Shown here: positions 20,164 to 29,550 of the stretch, piece after piece
How positions within the stretch are numbered: position 1 is the first letter of the stretch
Layout: every line of letters starts with the position of its first letter
NCBI GenBank assembly: GCA_025360395.1
Contig: JANYCH010000226.1
Coordinates: 1 to 41,246 of the forward strand
Length of the DNA: 41,246 nt
Origin: Cytophagales bacterium
Lineage (GTDB): Bacteria > Bacteroidota > Bacteroidia > Cytophagales > UBA9547
Reading direction: 5' to 3'
The notes under the pieces: model-generated
The model's input: the letters and a program-made list of their open reading frames with translations, nothing else
Database searches by the model: none
What the model was told of the DNA's origin: nothing
Made by a program: the position numbers and the translations under genes

Positions 20164-20355
20164 ATAATCAAAAAACAGGTTTTAACAATTTTGTTTATAT
20201 CCTAAGGAGTAAATTGGATTGTTGAAGTTATGTATTTTAAAATCAGATTAAAATAAATATCTAATATAAGCGAGTGAACATGGTAAACCGGTTTTTATGC
20301 TTTAAGCTATTACACTTAGATTCTATGAAAATTATATTTAACATTTAATATTTTC

Positions 20356-20363
20356 TACCTTTG
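20356..20363 (+). promoter_or_regulatory. -7 promoter motif TAccTTTG upstream of the gp25-like gene
   Basis: Lies 17 nt upstream of the ATG at 20380, in the 216-bp divergent region shared with the histidine kinase. Confidence 0.45.
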
Positions 20364-20379
20364 AAATATTTGTATCCAA

Positions 20380-20817
20380 ATGGAAAAAGAATTCTATCAA
20401 TATCCAATCCATCTATCAAGAATATTGCAAAATAAGGAATTGCCACTTTGCAGCATTGGAGAGTCCATATCACAAAATCTTCAACTCATTATTATCAGTC
20501 ATCACGGCGAACACCGCTATAACCTAACTTTCGGTTGTGAAATATGGGATATGGATTTCGATCTTATCATGAGTTTAAAATTATGGGAAGAAAAACTGAG
20601 AAAATCGCTGGAACATTCAATTAAGGAAAATGAGAAGCGGATCGAAAAAACAGACATAGAGATAAGGATTTCAGAAGTTGAAAAGGTTTTTGGTAATGCC
20701 AAGTATGCTTCTGTAAAACGTAAAGTCGATATTTTTATTAAGGCTCAGATAGTTGATAGTGGAGAATCCTACAGATTTAATACTGATCTATATTTAAGTC
20801 CAATTTCTTATAATTAA
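20380..20817 (+). CDS. GPW/gp25-family baseplate wedge protein (TssE-like)
   Basis: 145 aa. SIGESISQNLQLIIISHHGEHRYNLTFGCEIWDMDF parallels T4 gp25 SIKNSLLGIITTRKGSRPFDPEFGCDL. The downstream SIKENEKRIEKTDIEIRISEV parallels the gp25 E(P)RI...V.V segment. Confidence 0.75.
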   Translation: MEKEFYQYPIHLSRILQNKELPLCSIGESISQNLQLIIISHHGEHRYNLTFGCEIWDMDFDLIMSLKLWEEKLRKSLEHSIKENEKRIEKTDIEIRISEVEKVFGNAKYASVKRKVDIFIKAQIVDSGESYRFNTDLYLSPISYN

Positions 20818-20822
20818 GGTCT

Positions 20823-22631
20823 ATGAGTGTCCAAACAAAAGAAGACATAAAAGGAAGAATATTAAAACATATTTCGGCAATCTGGGGTGTAAAAAATACA
20901 GATTCGCTTGATCCACTTGTAAGAATGCTAATTGAAGCATTATCAGGAGAACTTCATAAAACAAACCAGGAGATTATTGAATTTGAAAAAAGGATATTAG
21001 AAAAAATTTCCTTCATCATGACGCCTTCTTTGTTATCGACGCCACATTGTGCACATGGTATTATGCATGCTTATCCTACAGAAAGCATTCAATACATTAA
21101 TGCAACTACATCTTTTGTCATAAAAAAGAAATTAGCAGAGCAAGAATCAGGAATAGATTTATTTTTTACGCCAATAGGCAAAGTAAAACTTGTAGATGGC
21201 ATGGTTAAATATGTCATCGCTGGAAACTCGATATTTGAATATGATCAAAACATGCAAAAATCGATTCTGGCCAACAGTATAGATAATACTTCAGAAAAAT
21301 CGAAGATATGGATCGGATTGCAAATTGATAAGCCAACTGTTTTAAGTTTTTATATTGACTTTTTAAATGTAGAAAATAAAATCCCTTTGCTTTCGGCAAT
21401 AAAAACTGCTGAATGGAAAATGGAAGATAAGCTCCTGAAAGTTGGTTTAGCTGAAGAGAGTTTCGAAGTCACAAGGTCAGTTCAGAACATATTTGAGGTT
21501 AATGACCCTATGTTTATGATCGAAAAAGAGGTTAATAACTTCTATGAAAAGCAATTTACAACAGTCAGTTTTCCAGAGTTCGCGTCTTATAAATCTATTT
21601 TTCCCACAAGTTTTGAAGGAGCCTTTTCTAAAACTGAAATGAGTATTTTCAAAGAAGAACTTATCTGGATAAGTATAGAAACACAAATTCCAATAGAGGA
21701 AAAGTTGCTTAAAAGCTTTTTTGTCAGCCTAAATTCTTTCCCCATACTAAATAGAAGCCAAAAAGAAAGCGTCCACCGTTTCAAAGGAATTTCTAACATA
21801 ATCCCTGTTCGAACGGATCCTTTTGAATTATTTCTTTCTGCCAATCATTTAAAAAATAGTTCTGGAAAAGAGTACAAACAAATAACTTTTTCAGATTCAG
21901 ACAATATCAAAAAAGGAACTTATTCTATCAGAAAAGGCGGGGCAGAGAAAATGGATCCCCGTTCTGCCAAAGAATATTTAGATAATCTGATAGAACTGGT
22001 TAGAGACGAATATGCCACATTTTCTGGTTTCGGACAAGATACTGTTGGGACATTGTTAAAAGACCTGGACAAAATCCTTGTTCAGATTTCACAGAGGATA
22101 AAACTAAATAATAATTTTAACGCAGATACTACCTCATACATTTCATTAGATTCTATTGACAATAATGAGGCAGTCTTTTTGAATTACTGGACTACCAACG
22201 GTCTTTATGGCAATGGCCTATTTCAAGGTTCCAGGTTCAAATTGGCAAAAGGAAGTGAAATAAAAAAGGATTCGATGGTATTGCTGACGGCAACATCCGG
22301 AGGCAAAAAAGACCTAAAGCCTTCAAGGCATATAGAAGCGTTTAAATATGCCATGCTTACCCATGACCGGCTTATTACAGCAGAAGATTTGAAAGCGTTT
22401 TGCTTTTATGAACTCGGGGAAAAAATTGACAAGGTCGAAATCCAAAAAACCTATATCACAAGTGATAATTTAAAGGAAGGATTAGTTAAATGCATAGAAA
22501 TAATATTGTTTAAAAAATCCGGGAAATCTTTAACATCAGATCAGGAATGGGAAATTTTACTTTCGGAAGTCCAATCAAAAATGGAACTAAGGTCTGCTCT
22601 AAATTTGAAACTTAAACTTACAGTTAAATAA
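20823..22631 (+). CDS. Putative baseplate wedge subunit, TssF/gp6-like. The assignment rests on size, synteny and N-terminal resemblance only.
   Basis: 602 aa. The start is 5 nt after the gp25-like stop. The N-terminus KEDIKGRILKHISAIWGVKNTDSLDPLVRMLIEALSGELHK resembles my recollection of Bacteroidota T6SS-iii TssF N-termini. In known contractile systems a gp25-like gene is followed by a gp6/gpJ/TssF gene. Confidence 0.45.
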   Translation: MSVQTKEDIKGRILKHISAIWGVKNTDSLDPLVRMLIEALSGELHKTNQEIIEFEKRILEKISFIMTPSLLSTPHCAHGIMHAYPTESIQYINATTSFVIKKKLAEQESGIDLFFTPIGKVKLVDGMVKYVIAGNSIFEYDQNMQKSILANSIDNTSEKSKIWIGLQIDKPTVLSFYIDFLNVENKIPLLSAIKTAEWKMEDKLLKVGLAEESFEVTRSVQNIFEVNDPMFMIEKEVNNFYEKQFTTVSFPEFASYKSIFPTSFEGAFSKTEMSIFKEELIWISIETQIPIEEKLLKSFFVSLNSFPILNRSQKESVHRFKGISNIIPVRTDPFELFLSANHLKNSSGKEYKQITFSDSDNIKKGTYSIRKGGAEKMDPRSAKEYLDNLIELVRDEYATFSGFGQDTVGTLLKDLDKILVQISQRIKLNNNFNADTTSYISLDSIDNNEAVFLNYWTTNGLYGNGLFQGSRFKLAKGSEIKKDSMVLLTATSGGKKDLKPSRHIEAFKYAMLTHDRLITAEDLKAFCFYELGEKIDKVEIQKTYITSDNLKEGLVKCIEIILFKKSGKSLTSDQEWEILLSEVQSKMELRSALNLKLKLTVK

Positions 22632-22770
22632 AAAGATATTAACAGCTACATTTTAATATTTGAAACCAAATTATATTCATAACTATAATTCGGTTAATGC
22701 GTAATTACCTTTATAAATTTTTAAATAATCTAAAATATCCTTCCATTCTTTTTATAGTAATCCCAATTCC

Positions 22771-24342
22771 ATGAGAAAACTTTGTATTGCAATTATCGCG
22801 ATAATCGGCCTGTCCAGTTCAGCATTTAGCCAGGTAGTAGAAACAGAAAAAACGTATGAAATATCCCGAAAATCCAAAAGAGGATATCTTGCAGGTGTTG
22901 ATTATGACGAAAATGTTAAAACATACCAGCTAACCTATATCACGAAATTAACAGACCGTAAACTGAAGTATGAGTTTTACAAATTCGATAACAATTTTAA
23001 TTTCTTAAATGACGGGGAGGGCGAGGAAAAGTTTGAACAAATGAAAGCAAAGTTCAATTGGTTTAAATTCAGGGAACTTCTTTATACAGTAGAAGGGGTA
23101 AGTGTTGAAAACAACATAACAGGAACCCTGGTAATGAAAAGGAAAAAAGTAGATTTTAAATACGATTTCTGGATTGCTGGCTACCACAAGGAAACAACAA
23201 TCCTGGAAAAGTTAAAGCCAAAAACAGATGATGGAAGAAAAATGACCCTCATTACTTATGCTGAAGACGAAAAGACGGGTGAAGTACTTGTTCTGGCTGG
23301 CATCAAATATAAGATAGGAAAAAATATGGCTGAGAAAAACCCAAGACCATACGACCTGCATTTTATAAAGTTTAACAAAGACCTGGACATAGTGGCTGAA
23401 ACTATTATTCCTTTTGAAGACGCGGAATCAAAAACTGCAGCAAGGATCATTTATGAAAAAAATGAAGAAGATCCTGAAAATCCCGGTATACAATCGTTTG
23501 TGGTGGTAATGTCTTCTTTTGGTGATAAAAACACTAAACCAACATGCACCTACCTTCGTTTAGGTTCTGATACTAAAATATTGCATCGCGAAAGCTTTGG
23601 TTCCCTGGCTAACTATTGGAACATTGATGAAATAATCCATAATCAGGATAAAGACGAAATGTATTTATTCGGACCTTCTGTAAATGAACTTGGAAAATAT
23701 ACTAATGGCAAATTTAAAGCAGTACAGCTGGTAAAAATAAATCCGATGGGAAAGAAAGAGTATTTAACAGAAACCAACCTGGAAGAGTTTTCTTCCAAAC
23801 TTAAAACTCCACCTTCACAGAAAAAAACGCCAGAGTATGAAGGTAAAAAGTTTGAATTCAGCACTTATAAGGTTGCATCGAATGGAGACTTTTATGTTTC
23901 AGGCCAAAACTTTAAAATTGATGCTTCAGGTGACGACAAAGGTGGAAAAAATTTCAAAGATATTATGGGCTTCCAATTTGATGCAAAAGGTGTTTTAAAA
24001 TCTCAATATGGCATTGATACCAAGGAGAACGGCAAAGAAGCCAATGACAATGGAACTCCTCAGGCCTTTATAGAATCCAGCGATGGTAACATGTTTTGGT
24101 TGTTAAGGGAAATTAAAGACTATAATTCTACATATAACAAGCTTTTGACTTACCCAAGACTTGGCAAGATATCGACCAAGGAAGGTACAATTTCCGATTT
24201 CCTAACTGTTGGCAAATCTGAAGGATATTATCTAGATCCCAAATATCCATATCTTGAAACGGACAAAGGGAACAGTGTTGTCTTTTTCGGTGCAAATAAA
24301 TCCGGGAAATCTTTGTGGTTTTGCAGGGTAAATTTAAAATAA
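22771..24342 (+). CDS. Secreted protein of unknown function (Lys-rich, predicted beta-rich)
   Basis: 523 aa with a signal peptide (MRKLCIAIIAIIGLSSSAFSQ) and no recognisable catalytic motif. Same strand as the gp25/TssF-like pair, across a 139-bp gap in which I see no hairpin terminator. Confidence 0.8.
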   Translation: MRKLCIAIIAIIGLSSSAFSQVVETEKTYEISRKSKRGYLAGVDYDENVKTYQLTYITKLTDRKLKYEFYKFDNNFNFLNDGEGEEKFEQMKAKFNWFKFRELLYTVEGVSVENNITGTLVMKRKKVDFKYDFWIAGYHKETTILEKLKPKTDDGRKMTLITYAEDEKTGEVLVLAGIKYKIGKNMAEKNPRPYDLHFIKFNKDLDIVAETIIPFEDAESKTAARIIYEKNEEDPENPGIQSFVVVMSSFGDKNTKPTCTYLRLGSDTKILHRESFGSLANYWNIDEIIHNQDKDEMYLFGPSVNELGKYTNGKFKAVQLVKINPMGKKEYLTETNLEEFSSKLKTPPSQKKTPEYEGKKFEFSTYKVASNGDFYVSGQNFKIDASGDDKGGKNFKDIMGFQFDAKGVLKSQYGIDTKENGKEANDNGTPQAFIESSDGNMFWLLREIKDYNSTYNKLLTYPRLGKISTKEGTISDFLTVGKSEGYYLDPKYPYLETDKGNSVVFFGANKSGKSLWFCRVNLK

Positions 24343-24420
24343 TAAAAAATACAGAAAGGCCGGTGCAATAATCCTACCTTTTATATTCTGCTGAAAGTTT
24401 CTTTAATTAATAGGCATAAA

Positions 24421-24445
24421 AAAGCCCGGACAAGAGCCGGGCTTT
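24421..24445. terminator. Bidirectional intrinsic terminator between the convergent 523-aa gene and sdhB
   Basis: aaagcccgg (24421-24429) pairs with ccgggcttt (24437-24445). An A-run lies upstream and tttctatttt lies downstream. Confidence 0.8.
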
Positions 24446-24466
24446 CTATTTTACTGAAGCTAAAAG

Positions 24467-25240
24467 TTATTTCAGGTCAACATGCTCTGAAGTAGCCATA
24501 GCTGAATAATATTCCCTATTCATTCTTGCAATATTTGAAATAGAAATACCTTTAGGACATTCTGCTTCGCAGGCACCTGTTACGCTGCATGCTCCAAAGC
24601 CTTCTTCATCCATCTGGGCCACCATGTTCTCAACACGCGTTTTCCTTTCAACCTGTCCTTGTGGCAAAAGTGCAAGCTGCGATATTTTGGCTGAAACAAA
24701 CAACATGGCCGATGCATTTTTACATGCGGCAACACAAGCCCCACATTGAATACATGTGGCAGCATCAAACGCCTGATCTGCAATTTCTTTAGAGATAGGA
24801 ATTGCATTTGCATCAGGGACACCGCCTGTACCAACAGTTACGAAACCTCCTGCCTGCTGAATTCTATCCAGTGCCGAACGATCGGTAACAAGGTCTTTTA
24901 TAACAGGGAAAGCTTTGGCTCTCCAAGGCTCAATTACTACAGTATCACCGTCTTTGAATGAGCGCATGTGAAGCTGGCAAACAGTTACACCTTTCAATGG
25001 ACCATGTGGCCTGCCATTGATGTGTAAACTGCAGCTTCCGCAAATACCTTCACGGCAATCGTGGTCAAAAGCAATAGGTTCGTCACCTTTCCTTATCAGG
25101 CCATCGTTTACAACATCCAGCATTTCAAGAAATGACATGTCCGGAGATATTCCTGGAGCATCGTAGTCTACCATTTTACCAGGTGTTTTAGCATTTTTCT
25201 GACGCCACACCTTTAACTTAAGATTCATTGAGCCTGACAT
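24467..25240 (-). CDS. sdhB: Succinate dehydrogenase/fumarate reductase iron-sulfur subunit
   Basis: 257 aa with Cys clusters CREGICGSC...[12 protein letters not shown] and C...GACEAECP. Confidence 0.95.
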   Translation of the reverse strand: MSGSMNLKLKVWRQKNAKTPGKMVDYDAPGISPDMSFLEMLDVVNDGLIRKGDEPIAFDHDCREGICGSCSLHINGRPHGPLKGVTVCQLHMRSFKDGDTVVIEPWRAKAFPVIKDLVTDRSALDRIQQAGGFVTVGTGGVPDANAIPISKEIADQAFDAATCIQCGACVAACKNASAMLFVSAKISQLALLPQGQVERKTRVENMVAQMDEEGFGACSVTGACEAECPKGISISNIARMNREYYSAMATSEHVDLK

Positions 25241-25241
25241 A

Positions 25242-27155
25242 TTACTTATAGCTTCTTTGTGTAAGTTTCACGTATTCAAAATTCAAAGCTTCTTTGTGAA
25301 GTGTTTCAGGTTGATTATCGCCTTTGTACTCCCAAGCTGCTACATAACAATAGTTTTCATCGTCACGTTTAGCTTCATTTTCTTCGGTCTGGCTTTCTTC
25401 ACGGAAATGCCCTCCGCAAGATTCCTTCCTGTCCAAAGCATCGTCCACCATCAGTTCTCCTAATTCAAGGAAATCTGCTACCCTGCCTGCTTTTTCAAGA
25501 GACTGGTTCAACTCTTCGTTTTCGCCAGTCACTTTTACGTTCTTCCAGAAATCGGCACGAAGATCACTGATCATTTTTTTGGCTTTCAATAATCCAGCCT
25601 CATTTCTGGCCATTCCGCAGTAGTCCCACATGATATGGCCTAACTCGCGGTGATATTCAGATACCAGTTTTGTACCGTTAATTGAAAGGAGTTTTTTTAC
25701 TCTTTCTTTTACATCATTTACAGCTTTGGCAAATGCTTCATGGCTGCTATCTACCTTACCTGGACCAATAGTAGCCAGATAATCACTTACTGTAGAAGGG
25801 CCAACAAAATAACCGTCAGCCAAACCTTGCATTAGTGCACTTGCCCCTAGCCTGTTGGCACCATGGTCTGAAAAATTTGCTTCTCCAAGCGCGTAAAGAC
25901 CTGGTATTGTAGTCATTAAATTATAATCAACCCAAAGTCCACCCATTGTGTAGTGTACCGCAGGATATATTCTCATTGGGCTTTTATACGGATTTTCACC
26001 GGTGATCTGGGCATACATATCAAACAGATTACCGTATCTCTCAGCTACTGCACTTTCTCCTAATCTTTGGATAGAATCTGCAAAATCCAGATAAACTGCC
26101 AGTCCGCTTGCTCCAACACCTTTCCCGGCATCGCACATTTCTTTGGCGTTCCTTGAAGCAACATCTCTTGGGACAAGGTTACCAAAAGACGGATATTTCC
26201 GTTCAAGAAAATAATCTCTTTCATCTTCGGGAATTAATTCCGGAGCACGTTTGTCTCCCACAGCTTTTGGCACCCAAACACGCCCATCATTTCTAAGTGA
26301 TTCTGACATTAAGGTCAGTTTAGACTGATGGTCTCCTGAAACAGGTATGCAAGTTGGGTGAATTTGTGTAAAACAAGGATTACCGAAGTAAGCACCTTTT
26401 TTATGGGCTCTCCAGGCAGCTGTTACATTACATCCCTGTGCATTTGTTGAAAGGTAGAATACGTTTCCATAACCACCTGTGCATAATAATACTGCATGAG
26501 CTGCATGGCTTTCAATTTCTCCTGTAACCATGTTTCGTGTTACAATACCTTTTGCATGACCTTCAATTGTCACCACATCCAGCATTTCATGTCTTGGGTA
26601 CATTTTAACGGTACCTTCGGCAATCTGACGGTTTAGGGCACTATATGCCCCTAATAATAATTGCTGTCCGGTCTGTCCACGTGCATAAAATGTACGGGAT
26701 ACCTGGGCACCACCAAAAGAGCGGTTATCCAAAAACCCACCATATTCACGGGCAAAAGGAACACCCTGAGCCACACACTGGTCAATGATGTTAACACTTA
26801 CTTCTGCAAGACGGTGAACGTTCGCCTCTCTTGCACGGTAGTCTCCACCTTTAACAGTATCATAAAACAGTCGATAAACACTGTCACCGTCGTTTTTATA
26901 ATTCTTAGCCGCGTTGATACCACCCTGAGCTGCAATACTATGAGCTCTTCGTGGGCTATCCTGGTAGCAAAAACATTTTACATTATAGCCCATCTCGCCT
27001 AGAGTAGCAGCTGCTGCTGATCCTGCAAGGCCAGATCCTACAACAATAATGTCGTATTTTCTTCTGTTAGCCGGGTTTACCAGCTTAAGATTGAATTTGT
27101 GATTTTTCCATTTATCAGCCAGTGGACCAGCCGGGGCTTTAGATTCTAATAACAT
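25242..27155 (-). CDS. sdhA: Succinate dehydrogenase/fumarate reductase flavoprotein subunit
   Basis: 637 aa with [15 protein letters not shown] (FAD Rossmann fold), the [13 protein letters not shown] site typical of covalent FAD attachment, and HYTMGG. Confidence 0.96.
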   Translation of the reverse strand: MLLESKAPAGPLADKWKNHKFNLKLVNPANRRKYDIIVVGSGLAGSAAAATLGEMGYNVKCFCYQDSPRRAHSIAAQGGINAAKNYKNDGDSVYRLFYDTVKGGDYRAREANVHRLAEVSVNIIDQCVAQGVPFAREYGGFLDNRSFGGAQVSRTFYARGQTGQQLLLGAYSALNRQIAEGTVKMYPRHEMLDVVTIEGHAKGIVTRNMVTGEIESHAAHAVLLCTGGYGNVFYLSTNAQGCNVTAAWRAHKKGAYFGNPCFTQIHPTCIPVSGDHQSKLTLMSESLRNDGRVWVPKAVGDKRAPELIPEDERDYFLERKYPSFGNLVPRDVASRNAKEMCDAGKGVGASGLAVYLDFADSIQRLGESAVAERYGNLFDMYAQITGENPYKSPMRIYPAVHYTMGGLWVDYNLMTTIPGLYALGEANFSDHGANRLGASALMQGLADGYFVGPSTVSDYLATIGPGKVDSSHEAFAKAVNDVKERVKKLLSINGTKLVSEYHRELGHIMWDYCGMARNEAGLLKAKKMISDLRADFWKNVKVTGENEELNQSLEKAGRVADFLELGELMVDDALDRKESCGGHFREESQTEENEAKRDDENYCYVAAWEYKGDNQPETLHKEALNFEYVKLTQRSYK

Positions 27156-27179
27156 AGATCTTCTAAGGTTATTATTTTT

Positions 27180-27890
27180 TTAGTTAAAGAAAACATTTCC
27201 AAGATCGAGATAAACCCAAATTGGAATTAAGGCAAAAGCTGCCGGTATAATGATCGCGAAGATAAATCCGAAAGATTTTACCAACGGAGTATATTTTTTG
27301 TGGTTTAAACCAAGAGTCTGGAAACCACTTTGAAAGCCATGAAGTAAGTGATAAGCCATTGCAATCATGGAAATCACATAGAAAGCGACAATCCATTCAG
27401 TTTTGAAAGCAAACATTACCATTCCATAAAGATCCTTTAAGACTTGTGGAGAACCGAATTCAGAAGCATAGCTTTTATATGGAATTGTATTATCATTATG
27501 ATATCTCCACCAGAAGTCAGCCATGTGAACAGCGATAAAGACAAGAAGCATGGTACCTAAAATTGCCATATTGCGAGAAGACCAGGTGCTCTGGTTGTCT
27601 GTAGTATAATAGTCTACAGGGCGGGCTTTTTTGTTGTTAAAGGCAAGGTTCAAACCATAAAAAGCATGGCCTAAAATGCTTGCATACAAAAGGTAAGAAA
27701 TGGTTTTAATTAAAGGATTATGGGTCATAAACTTGGCATAAATATTAAATGCCTCGCCCCCATCATTTTTAAGCAACTGGAGGTTACCAATTAAGTGTAT
27801 AACCAAAAATGAACATAAAAATAGGCCTGTAAGGGCCATAATTAGTTTTTTCCCAATGGAGGAATTAAAAGATTTTGTAAACCAACTCAT
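27180..27890 (-). CDS. sdhC: Succinate dehydrogenase cytochrome b subunit (single-subunit membrane anchor)
   Basis: 236 aa with about 5 hydrophobic helices carrying conserved His residues (..VIHLIGNL.., ..GHAFYGL.., ..AVHMADFW.., ..AYHLLHGF..). Directly upstream of sdhA-sdhB. Confidence 0.9.
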   Translation of the reverse strand: MSWFTKSFNSSIGKKLIMALTGLFLCSFLVIHLIGNLQLLKNDGGEAFNIYAKFMTHNPLIKTISYLLYASILGHAFYGLNLAFNNKKARPVDYYTTDNQSTWSSRNMAILGTMLLVFIAVHMADFWWRYHNDNTIPYKSYASEFGSPQVLKDLYGMVMFAFKTEWIVAFYVISMIAMAYHLLHGFQSGFQTLGLNHKKYTPLVKSFGFIFAIIIPAAFALIPIWVYLDLGNVFFN

Positions 27891-27919
27891 AGTTTAAGTA
27901 ATTATACTCAATTTGATCG

Positions 27920-27927
27920 CAAATTTA
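27920..27927 (-). promoter_or_regulatory. -7 promoter motif TAaaTTTG upstream of sdhC
   Basis: The plus strand reads caaattta. It lies 30 nt upstream of the sdhC ATG. Confidence 0.5.
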
Positions 27928-28128
27928 AATCTAACCTTGCATTATTCAATGTTAGATTTTTTATTTAGATACTGTCTAAATAAAAAACTTCGGATTCATA
28001 TAAATATAAAAGCAGTTTTAGTTGAAAATGTTTCCTAATATCCTGATATTTTAAAATTATTGCTCCGTAAGCTACCTAAGCTGCAGCAATATAGATATTC
28101 TTCAAAAATAAACCTTAAAAATACTATT

Positions 28129-28401
28129 ATGGAACCTAACAAAGGAATTGAGATAAAACTTCAGGATCTTAAAAAAGAAGAGAATGGAAAACTGACTTTA
28201 TTCATTCATCTTGAAGACCTGGTAGCTAAAAATCATCAGAGAAGTAAGGTAAGTTTAAACTATACCCTGTTTGATAAATACGATAGTTTGGTCATAACGC
28301 CTGAAGACAACATTCAGGGTGTGAAAAATAAAAAGACCATTAATATTGAAAGGGTGAGCGGTGCATTTAAAGCGGTGCAGCAGATGTTTGCCGGAGGATA
28401 A
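28129..28401 (+). CDS. Small hypothetical protein (90 aa from the ATG; the ORF track extends it to a TTG at 28060)
   Basis: Open frame starting MEPNKGIEIKLQDLKKEENGK... It is followed 20 nt later by a perfect 12-bp hairpin. No recognisable family. Confidence 0.55.
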   Translation: MEPNKGIEIKLQDLKKEENGKLTLFIHLEDLVAKNHQRSKVSLNYTLFDKYDSLVITPEDNIQGVKNKKTINIERVSGAFKAVQQMFAGG

Positions 28402-28420
28402 TTTATTTTCAAAACCAATT

Positions 28421-28450
28421 AACAGATCACCAGCATTCTGGTGATCTGTT
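28421..28450. terminator. Hairpin terminator between the convergent small ORF and the SRPBCC gene
   Basis: Perfect 12-bp stem: aacagatcacca (28421-28432) pairs with tggtgatctgtt (28439-28450), followed by ttataatt. Confidence 0.7.
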
Positions 28451-28464
28451 TTATAATTACATCC

Positions 28465-29376
28465 CTAGAAAACTTTCATCCCTTTACCAGTTGTAATCAG
28501 ACTGAACAGACTTTGTTGAATTAGTGCTTCCCAGCCTTTAGAACATCCATCGTAACATTCAATTTGAGGTACTAAACCGTAATGAGTAAAGCGGAGTTGC
28601 GTTTTGTTATTTATTTCAGAAATTTCAAAACTAATTTTCGTCCCATTCCACTCATTCTTTTTATCAATAAAATTTAGCTTACTATCAGTTACCATCCAAA
28701 CAACTTTTTTGTCCGGTATTAATTCCACGATTTGTTGTTTTGAATAATGAACATCTTCCATTTTGTAACTAAATTCTTCATTTATTTTTTCTGTATTGCC
28801 TGTAATTTCCCCCTGCCACCATCCCCGAACATTCATTATTGCATTGTAGACTTCTTTGGGAGTTTCATTTACAAACATTGTGGTCGTAAAATTTGAATTG
28901 CCCAATTCCTTTTCTGTTTCTGTTCGAGGCTTGTCTTTTCCGTTTGGCTGTCCTTTGCCGGTTGTGATCAGGCTGGATAAACTTTTTTGAATGTAGGTAT
29001 CCCAGGCATTCTGACAAATATCATAGCATTCGTATTGAGGTGTTAATCCGGTCTGGGTAAATTTTAGTTGGGTTTTATTTCCCTTTTCTGTGATTTCAAA
29101 TATTAATTCATTGCCCTTCCATTCATTTTTATCTTGTGTAAAACTGAAGTAATTATCAAGGACAAGCCAAACCACCTTTTTTCCAGGATCTAAGCTTGTA
29201 ATTTTCATTTTGCATTTATGCACATCCTGATAGTGGTAGTTCCACTCAGAATTCAATTGGTTTGTATTGCCTTCAATTTCTTCGCTCCACCAATCCCGAA
29301 CATTGTTAATTGCATTATAGACTTCTATTGGTGATCTATCTACTTCAAAAGATTTAGTATAATTTGAAACTGCCAT
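28465..29376 (-). CDS. Tandem SRPBCC / AHSA1 (Aha1-like) domain protein
   Basis: 303 aa made of two clearly paralogous halves: ..P.EVYNAI.NVR.WW..EI.GNT...N.E........DVH......I..L.P.KKVVW.V.D....F...KNEW.G....FEI.E..NKTQL.FT..GL.PQ.ECYD.C...W...IQ.SL.SLITTGKG. Confidence 0.85.
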   Translation of the reverse strand: MAVSNYTKSFEVDRSPIEVYNAINNVRDWWSEEIEGNTNQLNSEWNYHYQDVHKCKMKITSLDPGKKVVWLVLDNYFSFTQDKNEWKGNELIFEITEKGNKTQLKFTQTGLTPQYECYDICQNAWDTYIQKSLSSLITTGKGQPNGKDKPRTETEKELGNSNFTTTMFVNETPKEVYNAIMNVRGWWQGEITGNTEKINEEFSYKMEDVHYSKQQIVELIPDKKVVWMVTDSKLNFIDKKNEWNGTKISFEISEINNKTQLRFTHYGLVPQIECYDGCSKGWEALIQQSLFSLITTGKGMKVF

Positions 29377-29450
29377 ATTGATTGATGTTTAAATTGAATA
29401 TTGGATTGAGTATGCTGATTTTTGCTAAAGTGCCCTGAGCTAACTTTACA

Positions 29451-29458
29451 CAAATTTA
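29451..29458 (-). promoter_or_regulatory. Possible -7 motif TAaaTTTG upstream of the tandem-SRPBCC gene
   Basis: The plus strand reads caaattta. It lies 75 nt upstream of the ATG at 29376, in the divergent region shared with the GlxA-type regulator. Confidence 0.35.
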
Positions 29459-29550
29459 TATCGGCAAAAACGAATATTCAGGGTGCCAAATAGACATTAT
29501 GACGGGTTGATTTGGACAATCACTATTCTTATCTTTACCAAAATTCCTAA

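Noticed and set aside
24580-27396. Alternative-frame and antisense ORFs within sdhB, sdhA and sdhC (24580-24834, 24589-24961, 25257-25463, 26108-26296, 26661-27002, 27184-27396).
   Set aside because: They are fully nested in genes that carry unmistakable Fe-S, FAD and heme-anchor motifs. There is no independent signal for them.
28060-28128. TTG-initiated 5' extension of the small ORF (track start 28060).
   Set aside because: An in-frame ATG at 28129 gives a more plausible start. The extension (LRKLPKLQQYRYSSKINLKNTI) has no support, and the CDS itself is only moderately supported.
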